Assembly: GCA_973895155.1 (NCBI GenBank)
Contig: OZ316899.1
Coordinates: 10,939,135 to 11,003,134 of the forward strand
Origin: Marsupella aquatica
Lineage: Eukaryota > Plantae > Marchantiophyta
Direction: 5' to 3'
DNA: 64,000 nt
Below, piece after piece: positions 1-13,374 of the stretch. Position numbers and translations under genes: made by a program. Below the pieces are notes generated by a model. That model searched no databases. It worked only from the letters and a program-made list of their open reading frames with translations, and was not told the origin of the DNA. The number at the start of each line of letters is the position of its first letter. Position 1 is the first letter of the stretch.

Positions 1-775
1 TGAATATCTTCGAGACAACTCGAGGATGATATTTGACATCGTGAGGATTCTCAGCAGCAAGCAGGTTCCACGAATAGAGACGGTGATTGCCATCAAAAAC
101 ACAAAACATTTTATCCTTGAGCACAGCAAAATCAGGATGCAAATCACACTCCCTCTCAAAAGCTTCATTCTGCGCCAACCACATTGGATCCCAGCCCTGT
201 CTGATTGTGTCGTTGAGAAACTGCACGTCGCCATTCTCATTTGTCATTTGTACATAAAAACGAGGGTTTAGGGCGCGCGTCCTCAATGTACCCTTGAGCC
301 CGGAACTCATTCTTCAAAGTCTCAATTGCATTCGAATCTGTCTGAAGAGACCTCACAAGCTGCATGTTCCGCATTCGACACAATGGAATTCGAGGGGGAA
401 CCAGAGGATACCCACATTTGTCCGGCCCAAACTGGTAAAGATGGCGGTTAATGACAACTGAGAAAGGCTCGGACTTGGCAGAATCCATCGAAGGTGGCAC
501 AATATCCATAGGATCAACAAGCTTTCGCCTCCTTGGAGTCTTCAGCCCCAAAGCAAGTGCTTTGTGGCTTGTAGAACTCCTGGTCTCTCAACGTTGAGAG
601 GCAGCTGATTGTGAGGCAACGGATGAAATAGACTCAGGGGATGCAAAAGTTGCCATCGACTGATAAGGAGAGGAGAACCGCGTAAACGGAATACAAGGAA
701 TTGGTACGGTGATTTGCAAAGGAATCCAAAGTCACATGTGTTAGGAATCCTAAGCAAGATATCGGGGGAATCCAA
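1..775 (-). pseudogene. 5' part of MULE accessory gene (ParB/Srx-like N-terminus), copy 1; continues beyond the left edge of the window
   Basis: Minus-strand translation gives PPRIPLCRMRNMQLVRSLQTDSNAIETLKNEFRAQGY, then after a frameshift WDPMW...VLKDKMFCVFDGNHRLYSW...KYHPRV (DGNHR at 80-94). This is collinear with 33917-34400 in copy 2. The 5' boundary is approximate. Confidence 0.8.
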
Positions 776-2295
776 AGTAACCTACAGTGTATCTAACATT
801 GATAGGGAATATCAGTATTTAACACCTTCATGCCAAAGATCCCGCTGGTGCTAACTAACGTTAACAAAGCATCAGTTAACGTTAAGAATGAGTCTAATTA
901 CTGCTTAACAACAACTCGTTTGGATGAAATGTACATTTGACTCCAACGGTTTGAGTCAATTACTCTATAGTTGACCAACTTGGGTTGGGTGTCCGTTGAA
1001 AATAACTTGGGTTGGGTGTCATACAAAATATGCCGATGGATGTAGAAAAGGAAGTTTTTATGAAATTTACTCTTCAAAATGAAGTTAACCCTTCCAACGG
1101 TAATATAATTTTGTCGTTAGATGACTGATTAGATGACTGATTAGATGACTGATAAGGAAAAATAGGCAAACTCCGTACTTTGTTTAAGACATGTATTTAG
1201 ACAGTTTTTTGCCAGCAACATCGCTGGCCAAATTAGTGTCAATGGGGTAGGTTAAAAGTGATGTATTGTAGAGTAGGGTTTAAGGAAATATGAATTACTT
1301 TCCTCTTAAACAACCAGAATTCGTTCTCGTTAAGAGCTTGTGAGACCTAAAAGATTGTATTAACATACTTTGAGATAGTTAAGCTAACCTATCTCAGATT
1401 TTAAGCCTTTACCGACATGCTTAGGTCAGGTGGAAGGAGTTTTTAATACATCCTCAGGTATTGTGATGTTTGCATCATCAACAGTGCAATAATTAATTCT
1501 AAAACTATAACAAAACAACCAAAAGCCGGAGGCGTAAAGAGAGGATTAGGCGAGCCTTAAATGTCTCATCTCCTCTCGCCACTTAGCAATCTATGACTAA
1601 GTTAGGCACGATTAATAGTCAACAGAGAGTCTGACTAAATTAGGCTGATGCCTAAAGCTCATCCTTAAAGCCAACCATCTAAGAATTTGTAAAAGATGTA
1701 TATAAAATAGCCCGTATTAACTTTCTGACCTATGTCAAGGCAAAGGTGGTACTGATTACTCCGAACTAACTTATTCTTCTATTCAATCCTTCAGATTGCT
1801 CTTTTAGGACTACGCAATTTGTGAGTTCTCGTATGGTGCTTCTTCCACTAATACTTAATAAGCCATAAGTATTCCATAGTCAACGTGAATCTTTAGACCT
1901 TTGCATGATCTCAGGCATGCATTTCCAGTCAGCCTAAAGGTTACCTATGACATTGCTAGTCACTTTCCATAGATTTTCTAGCAAGAATGGTCACACACTA
2001 ATGTCCAAACACAAAGCATAGATCACCAAAATTATGAATCTATTACTTCTCTTCAAAGAAGGAGACTTTCAAAAGTGAAATGCAAGTCTGAGTAAAATGG
2101 TGAAAACTTTCCCTCTTATACTTAGGGACAAGTCTCCTCTAAACAAAAGTTGAAGAGGTATGCCCCTTCAATTCCTAACCTAAGTGTAAAAGTAAAAAGT
2201 AATGCTAAATTCTGAAACTAGACTATGAGATAAAGTGCTGAGCAAAAATTCAAAGTCTAATTCTTCATATACTAAGTTTTATAGGGCTTCAAACA

Positions 2296-3060
2296 CAAAA
2301 CCGGATCAAAAACCGGGTGGGAAACCGGGTGGGAAACCGGATGGGAAGCCGGTTCAACTTTCGGATGGAATAACTTTTTACTCTTCAGGAGTTGAAGTGT
2401 CAGGCTTCACCGATGTGGAGTCTACTGCTGGATCAATGGAGTTGAGAGGGTTTGGCATGAAAGTGATACCTCCAAAGGTAGTAGTAAAATAGTAAGCAAG
2501 TAGTACATTTCTTGGTTTCAAAGTGAAAGGTTTCCAAAAATGAGGTCTTGAGATAATGTCCATTGGTATAAGTAAAATGTAGGAGTGCCAGATTAATAAG
2601 AATTTGACTATCGAGTCTCTTCATCTTCCAATGAATGGGTATATCTTTTCATAGTATCCTTTCATACTTATCCAACCATTTTGATTGGTTAAGGTCTTTA
2701 GCCATGGATCATGCTTCCTATTGGTCCAAAGTCAGACATCTTGAAGGTCAAATGGTGTGGAAACAATGCTTCAAAATCTTCATTCCATTATTTGTCCAGA
2801 AATCTCGGATATCTCTTGGTTGCACCGGTTGGAGTCTCATAATATTAAGTGGGTCATTTCAAGTCCATTTTCAGACTTCTTTATATATATCTTAACCGCA
2901 TAGGAAAGAGCTTTCCAACACACTTTACAGATCTTGATTTGGATAAATGGTTTGAGAGTTATAGTAATTTTTCTACCGGATGGTATGTCCAAACCGGATC
3001 AAAAACCGGCTCAAAAACCGGATGGAAACCGGTTCAAATTCCGGATAGAATAACTCCTCA
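2296..3060. repeat. Two blocks of AAACCGG(A/G)TGGG-type short repeats in a degenerate AT-rich segment
   Basis: AAACCGGATCAAAAACCGG...GGAAACCGG...CCGGTTCAA occurs at about 2298-2360 and again at about 2991-3045. Confidence 0.6.
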
Positions 3061-4203
3061 ATTTCCATCACTTAGTTGGTGTAATTTTTTCCATGAACTA
3101 CTGGAAGGTGGGGTAACACAACCTTGATAAAAGATTGAGCTACTTGTTGCTGAAATGCACTGATTAATTCACCTTAAAATTAGCCGTCTAACTCAAATTT
3201 GTGAAAAGTTGGACCTCAATTCCAAAGTTAAACCTTTGCTTGAGGGGTTGAAGTAGGTCTCTCCTCGCTATCAGATTTTCCCAATACCAATCCATTTATG
3301 GTTTTATTTCTCTTTCACTATTGAGTCGGATGAGGGACCATAACATCTTTATATGCACCTTGGCATGATTCAAGCTTAATATACTCACAGATGCTTAAAT
3401 AGTCATTCAAGGTCCTCAACATGGTCATTGAAAACTATTTTTTTCACATAAGATAACTTTTCTATCCTTAAGGGCTTAACCCCTCTATTACATCTTTCCT
3501 AAATTCTAAAATACTTGACAGAAGTCAAACAAACTTAACAATGTTTAATGTGTAAACATAACATTTTGGAAATACATTTGTTTCGATATCCCTCATTTTA
3601 ATCCCAAACTCAAAAAAAATTCTACCCTAAATTTTGGGTGCATCAGGCTAGCGATATCGCTGGCCTGATTCAGGGTTTCTAAAAGGTTTAATTTATGGGA
3701 CATCTCCAAATCCTCTCCTCTATTAATGTCAATTTGTGAGTGAAAATCATATTGTAGAATCACTCAAATAGAGTTGGTTTAATAATAGAGTCCATCTTAA
3801 ACACATAAAACTTTCCTAGATTATGTCTAGCGAGGTCGCTAGCAAAAACCGTTGTTTAACACGAAGCTCCAAGTTCAATAATCCTTATAATGTACTCCAA
3901 GTTCAGTAAACATTTAGGAACAATCCAAGATATCCTTGTTGTCAACAGAAAACAGTCAGTGTTTTGGACGATTACAAGATATAACTTTGGATTATATGGA
4001 GCCCTTTATGATAGAAAATTTAGGCCAATGATATTGCTAGCAATAATTCATTTCTTGAAGGTATTAGAGCCGTTGAAGTTTTGTCATATATGCAACGTTA
4101 AAGTGATGTTCCGTTTTATTCTAAACTTTAATGTCTTCATATTATTCTATATATTCATCCATGATGTTTGTGACATTTGGGTTCTTGTCTTGGTCCTCAT
4201 TTG

Positions 4204-7200
4204 ATGGCTCCGAGCGTCATCTACTGGCGTCGGAGCACTGGAGACATTGCTACTCTTTCATCTGTGAGAAAGATCACTAATGTGACAAAGGCCTTTCTTT
4301 TGATAAGATTTGGGCTCAATAACTGTGATTTCATTTCGAGATTGTTCTTTCTTGTTTCACTTCATGGATCAAGGAAGGACGAATTAATTTCAGGAACTCT
4401 ACTTGGTGAAAGAGTTTGGGAGGTTGCTTCCGGAGATGTGGTGGAGGTTATATCAGGCAAAGATGATTTTCCAGAGCCTTTCCAGAACCCTCAAGGAAAA
4501 GTGCTTGTAGACCTGGACTCTCCCCCGGGGAGAGAAACGAATGTCCAGGCCTCTAGTTTTGAGTTTACAACTCTTGAGGGTACTAATTCTGTTTTTGGGA
4601 GTTGTTCTACAAAATTGGAAGTAGATACTGCTCTTCCAAGTGCTCCGGGATGTCATCTTTTGGAGAAAATCTACAGAATTGGTGTGCTTGAAGCATTTTT
4701 GAGCATTACTGGGGCAAGTGAGCTAGCAAGATTTAGAAGAGATGTCTCGTGGGTTGATGTCCAAGTTGATCATCTTCCAACAAGTTACAATGGAGACAAG
4801 GTATATGAGCTTCCTCCGGTGGAGTCAAGATTTGGTCGCGGTCAAGGGCTTCTTGACATGGACCGCGACAATGATGGCTACCCTTGGACCCGCTGGGTCA
4901 CTACTTCGGCTAAACTAAAGCCACGTAATCACTAGTTTGTTTTCAAAGTCCGTTGCAGTGGTGTTGTGCAGTGCCAAAATTTGAATTGTTCAAGGTTCAA
5001 GGAGACAGGAATGAGGAATGAAGCGGCATTTCCTGGAAGATCACTAATGACCGATGTCTTCCAGCCGGGAAATCTGGTTCCGGAAGGAGGTTTGGTTTGT
5101 GGCTTTTGTGATGAGAGACCTTATTGTGTTAGGCCTTGTCCAGCAATGATGTTTTATGTTTATGCAAAGCCAACTTTGGACTCTCATGTCTCAAAACACA
5201 TGTCTAGACTCGCAGTGCATATGGGAGTTCATGATCATCCGATCCGAACGGGGAAGTGTCGAGTTGCAAAAAAAAGGCGGAAGATGTTATTCAAGAAGTT
5301 CAGTCAGCTCATCCCTTGGCAACCCCTTCCCGTGTGAAGAATATTTTAATAGGTACATTGATATCTCTTCTCCACCCTGAGGCATGTCACGATCTTTCAA
5401 AAGAAGAGGAGGTGGAATTGTGGAACTCAATGAAATTTGTGTCCTCACCGGCAAAATTCCATGCAATTTTCCGGAGCATTAAAATTGGGAATCCCAAGAA
5501 AGGTGAGTTGGATTCGCTTCGTGACATGCAAATGCGCGTGAGATTTCCATTTGTACTGCGTTTCCTGTTCCCTGACCAGGCTGGCAAGTCCATTCGAGCG
5601 CATGTATTCAAGATGAGTACCAAAGGTCCCGGTTCTGGAGTTGACATTCTCAATCGGATAAAAAAAGGTGGAACTTTAGAGGGAGCTTGGGTGAGTTTTG
5701 ACGTGATGCACAGAATAACTACTGGTTGGTTAACTTTTAGTGCTCACGTATACGATCACACTTATCGCGGTCTTTGTACTATCTTCACTTGTGAATTGAA
5801 AGCCGAGGATGTTGATTCACTGGAAATTGCATGGCGTTTAATGTTGGAAGTTGTTGCTGAGAATGGTATTTCCAATGTAAACATAGCTGGTTTTATGGCT
5901 GACAATGCTGAAGCTGGATGGATCGCTGTGAGAAATGTTTTCTTTGATGGTGTTTGTCTCCCTGAGAAAGAACATAGTGATGCATTCCATTTCTCGCAGT
6001 CACTAAGATGTCATACCGTGGAGGGAATTCGTGAAGGGAAACACTCCGAACACTACCAAATGTGGGAGAAATTTAGGAATGCACCCTCATATGTTCAAGC
6101 TTACGGGCTGGCTAACGATATTCAAGAGTGGTGGAAGTGTGGGAATTGTCACCCTGGGAAATTGAGATCTTTGCAAGGCTGGATCGCTTGGTGGGTTGTC
6201 CGATGGCAACAGTGGGGAAACTTCTTCAGACTGGTAAGTAAACTCGTTCTTTTTGGCTAGCGATGTCGCTAGCATTCCTTTTGTGTATGAATGTTATCTT
6301 CAAATCAAGTATGTGCCTCCCAATGATTGTGTTTGTTTATGTCTGGACTTCAGACTCAAACAGCCAAGGAGTCAGCATTGATGCCAAATTGTACTGGAGC
6401 CGAATCTGTACACGGTTCAATGAGAGCTTGCCAAATGAAGAAGAAGATTGGACTGATTGAAGCTTGTGAGCTTGATCAAAATTGTGCTGGTGGGTAGATT
6501 GTTGCCTTTGCTGCGTACATTGAAGGATGCCACAGGGGGCATGGACCTACCATATTTGAACTTGCATATAGGAATGCAGATACACTAGGATCCCTTGATG
6601 CTTTTGAGAAAGCAACCAATCTTCTGCTTGAATCATCTCCAAAATATGAGTTCCATCGCACTCAACCACTTCATGGAGATCTTTGCACAAAGTCCGGAAA
6701 ACGAAAAGGCCAAGCTTCGGCTAGAGTTGGTGCTAAAGACTCTCATCGACATGATAAGGTGATGCGCACGGAGGCGGTGACAAGAGGCGTACATCCAAGA
6801 AATTTATATTCTGATTTCTGGAGTGTCAATGTCGTGGAAGAGAGCGACAAGTTGAAGGAGAGTTCGGGCATACTCCATCCTTCAACATTCTCTAGTTGTC
6901 CAGATCCATCCGTTGTGATTCTTCTTTCTGATAATGAAGGGAATGACACTAAGAGCTCAGGAGATGACACTTTTGAAATTCCTAAGCCATTGTCACAACA
7001 ACATGTATCTCCTGTCCGTCAAGAGGAACCAGTTTATGTTTCACCAAGGAGAATACCTGCGGTAAATGAAGTTGATGTCCCATTTGGTACTTGGCACTTA
7101 AGGCGGTGCGGGAAAGGAAATGGTCCAGTGTGCAATGGGTCTATGGATAGGACCATTTCTGGAAGAGATGAGTGTTGAAACTTAATCAAGGAAGTAGGTT

Positions 7201-7951
7201 TTCATACTCGGTCTTGCGGTGTGGTTGGGGTTGCAATCCATGGTTTGAGGATGACTTCACCACATCCTCAACTCTTATACTTCTGCCCAAACAATGTCTG
7301 CCACAAGACCAGGGGGCGCAAGTCAATTACCCAACTTCCCTTAGTACCCTCGTCTCTAAAAGTTCTTCGAGGGACAGACTTAACTCCTCCTCAAATCAGC
7401 TTCTTGATTGGCTTGGGTTTTCAGATTGATGGTCTCTATTACATGGATTGCAAACCAGATGGCAGTGTTGCTCCTCCAGGTCGCGTAGAACTTCGAATTG
7501 AGGTGAACTCTTTTCCAGAAAAGGTTGATGTAAACTATTTGAATAGACAACTGAGGACGCGGAATGGGAAGGGTGCTCGTCAACATGTCAACTTCACTTC
7601 AGAACTTGCTAAACGGATTCAGTCTGCAAATGAAGAGCAAATGAGGATTCTGGCTTGTGAAAAGAGCATCCAAGGTAACGGATGGGGAAGACAGTTTTTG
7701 ATTGCGACGCATGAAAACAACCCTACTAAATCTAGTAAATATTGGATTCAGTTGTGCATCTTCCCATGTTGCTCCTGTGAGGATTTCTATAAGCGGCATT
7801 CGCATGGAAGCCTTACATGTCTTGCAAACATATCCTTTGGGTTTACAAGAATGTTTACCATTTGAACCTAGAGGCTTCGGATGTAGTCAAGCAGCCTATT
7901 TTAACTGTCGCTGAAGTTTCCGATCTGATGCAAAGGGGAGTTGAGGTTTGA
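4204..7951 (+). pseudogene. MULE-type DDE transposase with GCM/WRKY-like Zn finger and C-terminal SWIM finger, copy 1 (stops and frameshifts)
   Basis: The Cys/His cluster CSGVVQCQNLNC...CGFC...CPA...HMGVHDHP is followed by catalytic motifs WVSFDVMH, GFMADNAEAG and SDAFH. After a GT-AG intron (6234-6353) comes NCTGAESVH. The SWIM motif CSCEDF...CKH lies at about 7770-7830. Confidence 0.8.
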
Positions 7952-9012
7952 TGTTATCCACTTTAGAGTGAGGTTTGGTTTTAATAAGGTTTTCATTGGT
8001 TTTTAATATATATCTAAGTACCGTTAGGAGTAGACTTTTTTGTGTGTTGGTAGGGAGAGATCTATTTACACTCCATATGAAGTTCCCTTTAATTTATTTA
8101 TAAAACACCAGATATTGGTTCATCAGGTTTGCTAGCAAGGTCGCTAGCTATATTTTTGAAAAGTTTTGTAGGTTCATGATTTGGACCCTGGTTTGTTACT
8201 CATTGAGAAAACTATCAGTGACACAGTCACATACCCTGATAAGGTCGGATATCATGTCTTTACAGACTTGGCTTTTTTTTCAGTTGGGAACTCTCCCTGA
8301 AATCACTGATGGGTTGGTGTCAATTTCAACTGATGGATTGGTGCCAATTTTGTGTGTTTATCTGAGATACTCATGACTCCCAATCTCCAGGCCCATCATT
8401 TAAATTGCAAGTAAAACTCCTTGCCAAATGCTTTGGTGATGATCTTTATATCTATTTTGGATTGTCCAATTTGTTTAAAAAAAAAGTTACATTGACATAC
8501 TTCACTCAAAAGGTTTCTTAAACAAACATTAGTCATTCAAATATGAACAGACTGTTGGATGGGTTTTTGCTAGCGAGGCTTGCTGTTACTAGCGGCCAAC
8601 AAGTCCAAACTTTGGTTTGAGCAAAAAATCACCCATTTCAAGGAATTTTTTTACTCGTAACAACAAAAAATTTACTGTTACGAGCAATTTTTTTCCTGTT
8701 TCCTCGCATGGTAGTCATACCCAGGACAGCAGGCTAGCGAGGCAAGTTTGTGGGTACCTTCAGGGTAGTTAAGGCGGATTCCCAAGTAAGATTGTCGATA
8801 TATATTGTGAAACGGTTATGAAAAAGGGAAATGCAGATACTGAAATATTCACAACCAAAAAACTTGAGATCTTCACAACACTGAACTGAATGAAAAGGCA
8901 TCATCACTGTCAACAAAACTAGTTCAAAAAACCATTCACAATCCATCTTTAATAAAGCTTTGGTATGACAAATATCTTCTGGAATGAGATTACATCTGAA
9001 ATTTACCATGAG

Positions 9013-11982
9013 TCATTGAGAATCCTCTGATTCCAAATCATCTGAGGAATTACTAGGATCGCTACTCGACTCCCTATTAGTCTCCTCAGTCGAATTGTCA
9101 ACATACTATGCTACAGTACCAGCCTCATCATCTATGAACTGAGGGCAGTAAAGAGCTTTCCGAGCACCCCTCACTGACCGCAGACCTTTCCCCTCCCAAG
9201 TCAAAATGACGGGGGCTTCATCAACCTCCTTTGCAGTCTTTTCAGCATAGCAAGGAAGCGCAAATCCCTTCTCAGGGGTCACAAGAAAATGATCCTCGAT
9301 TTCTTTCCAAGGACAGAATCTCTCCTCCGAAAACCAATCCGAACGCCTATCACTGAAGAAATCACCAGCATCGAATCAATACTACACATCCAAAAATTCT
9401 ACAAATAACAGAAAAACACCAAATAGGGAATTCTACATCAAAGGCCAAGTGCTTTACTCCAGGCCAAATTCATCCTTCTCGTCTGAAGGTCCTCCCTGAT
9501 CATCTCTTGGGATCTTGAACTCATCATCCGATCCTTCATCATTGGGATCGTCGTTCTTTGGATCTGCGGCACCTTTCAACTTCTGGGCATGTCTCTCCAA
9601 CACATTTGCCAGAGATTTTTGCGCACACAGATGAAGAATGTCTCGATCTTCAACACCCACAACAAATCTCCCAGCGTATTCCCCAGCGGCAAAAGCACTT
9701 CCATCTCCAACAATCTAGTCAATGACAATGTCCTTTGGCAAAGTAAGGATCTCCATTATGGCTTGCATGAACCCAACTGACAATCTATTGGAACTTGCGA
9801 AAGCCGCCCTGGGACTGGGATCAGTTTTTGGGTAGCAAACACTCAACATTGATTTATGGCAGGCATCCTCAGAGGAAGTCATTGGAACATATCCTATATG
9901 TTTTGGGACTTTTGCTGAGAATTCCACCTTGCAGAAAACATCCATAATGAGAGTAACTACCTAAATTGAAAACAATAAAAGAATTGGGCACTTTTGTTTA
10001 GCGAGCTTGCTAGCAAAAATTGCACGCAAAATATCGTGGATATCTTACCTCGATGTCCATATCTGCCTGATACAAAGGAGATGAAAGCAAAACCAAATAC
10101 TGCCAAATATATTTGAATTTGTTCTTCTGCTCGACGGCATAATTTTTTTGTCTCATATGGTTATAGTTAGAGCTGTGAAGAACTGCGACATAACCATCGT
10201 TGGCAAGCATCGGACACATGACTCCAAAGAAATAATATGGTAATTTCTCACTCCAAACATTCCACTTCGGGACCTCCCGGTCTGTGACACTCGTTCGATG
10301 ACCCGTGGGAAGGAAAATGAAACCCAAGTGAGCACCAATCCCAGTGTAATGTTTGTCGTTGATCATCACTGGGTTTGGGTGTTCGCTTGATTTTCTCATT
10401 CCAGACAACCACTGATCCGTATTGCCCATCCAGGGAGTTCTTGTTTTCCTCTGGCTAATTGAGTTTGCAGTTTCCGTGAGATTGCTTTTTGCCAAGAAAT
10501 GTCTCTCACCGTCCTTCTCAAGACCACACATTTGTGCTACTCCTTGAGCGATACATGCTTCCTCCTCATCTGAGTCGGAGAGAATTTGGACATTACGCTT
10601 CCTCTTTAAACGCTTGATTGAACCAAGGTCCACAGCAGATTTTGTTGTGACCTCAACATCAGGAGACTTGGGTTCTTCTCCTTCATCCGCCCCACTCTTC
10701 AAACTCCCAGAGGCTGTAGCCTTTCTCTTCTCTGAAAAACAAGTTCATGTCAGACAGGTCACTTAGACAAAATTGCTCCGACTGCAGTATGAAAAAAAGA
10801 GGAGAAAAATACTTACTTTGCTTCCCAGACAAGACTGATCCATCTTTGGACGTGTCCTTCACCGGCACCTTTCGAGGTCTCCTTGATCTACTCCGGTCGA
10901 CAGTGGCAACTACACCAAGAACAGCTTTCTCCATTGCCTCACATCCGCCAGTTTCTGCTTCTGCAAGAGCTAATTTGGACTCTGTAATGTACAACTCTAG
11001 TATCAAGCCTCGATTTATCATATGAAAGGCTGCCTTCTCTGTTGTGTCAAATGTCACTGCCCATTTATCTGATTCTAAATACCATGGACAGTGAAGGACT
11101 TCCCACTCACTAATCTTCCTTGGAGCCTCCACTCCCTCACATGGGTACATTGAGTACTCTCCGTATTTAACGGAAGTTGGATCCTCTTTCATCCCTGCTA
11201 TCCAAGGCGAGAAGCAAGCAGGATAGGACCACCAATATGTTTTGTCAGCAACTTCTCTATCCACAAAAAAATGATACATATATCTCTTCGCCCTCCTCTG
11301 AAAAAGTGAGATGTCAATCTTCTCACCCAACTTTGGTGGCCAAATCTGTTTGAAAAAATGAGATTTCACTTGTTTGGAAATCTTCAAAGTCCTCCTCTAT
11401 GTCAAGGATCAACGATGGCTTTGTCTTCTCAGACGAAGTAAGGATCCTTGCATCTGGAAAGTTGGGATCAACTCTGAAATAATCTCAGACATGAGTGAAG
11501 AACAAATTGACTCAACCTGCTGTGGGTACAGCCCATCGGTGAAGCCAAAGTTTTGTTTTGCTGTCCGAGAATTGACCAGGGTGGAAGTACTTCTTGCGAA
11601 GCTCAGGTCTGCATTGTGCCTCGAGTAGTACACATCTGAGCTGCGGAGTCAACGAAGAGACACCCGTAAAATAGTCTCGCATGATTGAGACCACATGACA
11701 CATTACCCCTTCCTTTATCGTCTATTCGTTGGGCCTCCTTCCTCTCATGTTTGCAGTAGTTGTGCATCTCAACACACTTCTGGAAAAAGTCACCAAACTC
11801 AAGATTCAAAAGAGGTCCAATCTTTGGCACCTTCACATTCCAATCTGCTAGTTGCTCCTTCATCATGTCTTTCATAGCCATGTCTTGCGCAGCTTTTGAA
11901 AGCGGTTCTCCTTGTGCTTCTTTCAATTGGAACTTCTTCTTCAAATCTTCCATCTGCGCTGCAATATTAGCAGCAGATAGAA
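9013..11982 (-). pseudogene. MULE accessory gene copy 3: helical middle region plus degenerate amino-MTase fold; 5' end cut by an LTR insertion
   Basis: Homologous to copy 2: RAKRYMYHFF, YSMYPCEG..ISEWEVLHCPWYL, HLGFIFLPTG, RLSVGFMQAIMEILTLPKDIVID*IVGDGSAFAAGEYAGRFVVGVE, and last exon TPEKGFALPCYAEKTA. Several GT-AG introns. Confidence 0.8.
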
Positions 11983-12506
11983 TGTACGTGCAGGCATCGA
12001 GATTGGTAGGGCAGATGACGGGGAGGTTTACTTTTCAGCAAATGAGTGTGAAGCAGGGTGTGAAGAGGATGATGAGGAATGTAGTAGTTTGCTACATGTT
12101 TTGCCATATGATTTAGTAGTCACAAATATATGGCCTAGGGTTCTTGCCATGTCATCAGTGCAGGACATTTGCCAATATCAACTCATTAGTACCCAATGGA
12201 GGGACTTGGTAGCCATATCCCCACAATGGAAGGCATTGAAACCACTACTTGTAGAGATTAAGCCGTAGAGGTACATTCTGGGGGCATAATACAAACATAC
12301 CCGACGAAGTCAATTGAGAATTAGGCGTCTTAGCAATACACAATTCGCAAGCCCAGTGAAAGAATCGGTCCAGCATAGTGTGGATCGAGAGTAGACCGCG
12401 TATCCAAGCCAAATGACAGCCAAACCACCATAAGCCGACCATAAGTAGGGGTTCATGGCCGGTTGTAGATAGTTCTTGGGGTTAGAGGGTTGGGAAATGC
12501 ACCACA
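11983..12506 (+). mobile_element. 5' LTR of a Ty3/gypsy element
   Basis: TGTACGTGC...GCACCACA termini, followed by a PBS-like TGGCGCTAGATGGAGGG at 12511 and then a gag ORF. It interrupts the accessory gene at 11982. Confidence 0.65.
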
Positions 12507-12622
12507 TTTTTGGCGCTAGATGGAGGGGCATTCTTACTTGTGAGTTGTGTGTTGCGCAGGGATAGGTGATGAACAAATTCACACCAAGGGAAGGTTGAGC
12601 AGCACAAAGGGAAGAATCACGA

Positions 12623-13374
12623 TTGCAGAAAATTCAAAAGTGGAAGGAGTCACAGAAAGTGAAGGTTGTAACCGGCAACGGTGAGTCGCAAAGTGCTTTT
12701 GAAGAGGAACTGGTGAGTGAAGAAGGGGATCTGTCAAGTAGCAAAGTGCCCAGTACCCAACCCAGTTCACCAGTACCCGGAATGGGTGAGCCAGACCCAC
12801 AATTCGGTGGTCGAGCAGCACCACGGCTTAGCCAGAGATCACAAATCCATTATAAGGCATTTCATGGAAAGCACGAGGAGGATCCGGATAACTGGCTTGA
12901 GGAGTTTGATGGTATGGCAACGGCTAATGGAGAGTCTGCTATCAAGATGCAGATCTTACCTGGGTTGTTTAAAGGTGAGGCACGATCGTGGTACTCTAAT
13001 TTGGAACCCGGAGAGCAGAATGAGTGGATCACCTTTAAGCAGCTATTTGTCAAAGAATTCCGTCCCATTGGGACATCCGAATTGGCAATGTTGAAGCTAG
13101 GATGACTTCAATTCAAGGAGAACAAGTCTTTCCGAAAGTTTTTGCAACGATTCCACAAATTGGTACGGCGAACCAAGACCAATGCATCAGACGAAATGCA
13201 GTTGCAATGGTTGGTTAATGCTTTACCACAGAAGATGAGCTTTGCAATTCGGAAGGGGAATCCGGAATCTCTAGCCGAAGTAATCCGTGATATTCAGCTC
13301 TACATCAATGCAGATATCACGAGCAGGAAAAAACACTATAAATCCGAGGACTCATCTTCTGAAGAGGGGAGCTA
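12623..13374 (+). pseudogene. Retrotransposon Gag (capsid) fragment
   Basis: FHGKHEEDPDNWLEEFD...FKGEARSWYSNL...WITFKQLFVKEF is a Retrotrans_gag-like pattern. There is an internal stop at 13103-13105 and no pol follows. Confidence 0.8.

Larger units (their letters stand above)
1..8722. mobile_element. MULE-like DNA transposon copy 1 (left end outside the window)
   Basis: Same divergent accessory-gene/transposase layout as copy 2. It ends in ...TTTCCTGTTTCCTCGCATGGTAGTCATACCC (ATACCC 8717-8722), resembling the copy-2 right end (...ATTTCCTGTCACCGCTGTTATACCC). Confidence 0.7.

Noticed and set aside
1462-3120. Solo LTR within the copy-1 intergenic region
   Set aside because: TG...CA-like ends can be picked, but no TSD matches. 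Only the internal repeats are reported.
4204-7951. KDZ, hAT or CACTA transposase assignment
   Set aside because: The D..D..(C/D)xxH..ESxH pattern, SWIM finger, G-rich termini and the 10-bp TSD of the sister copy fit the Mutator superfamily better.
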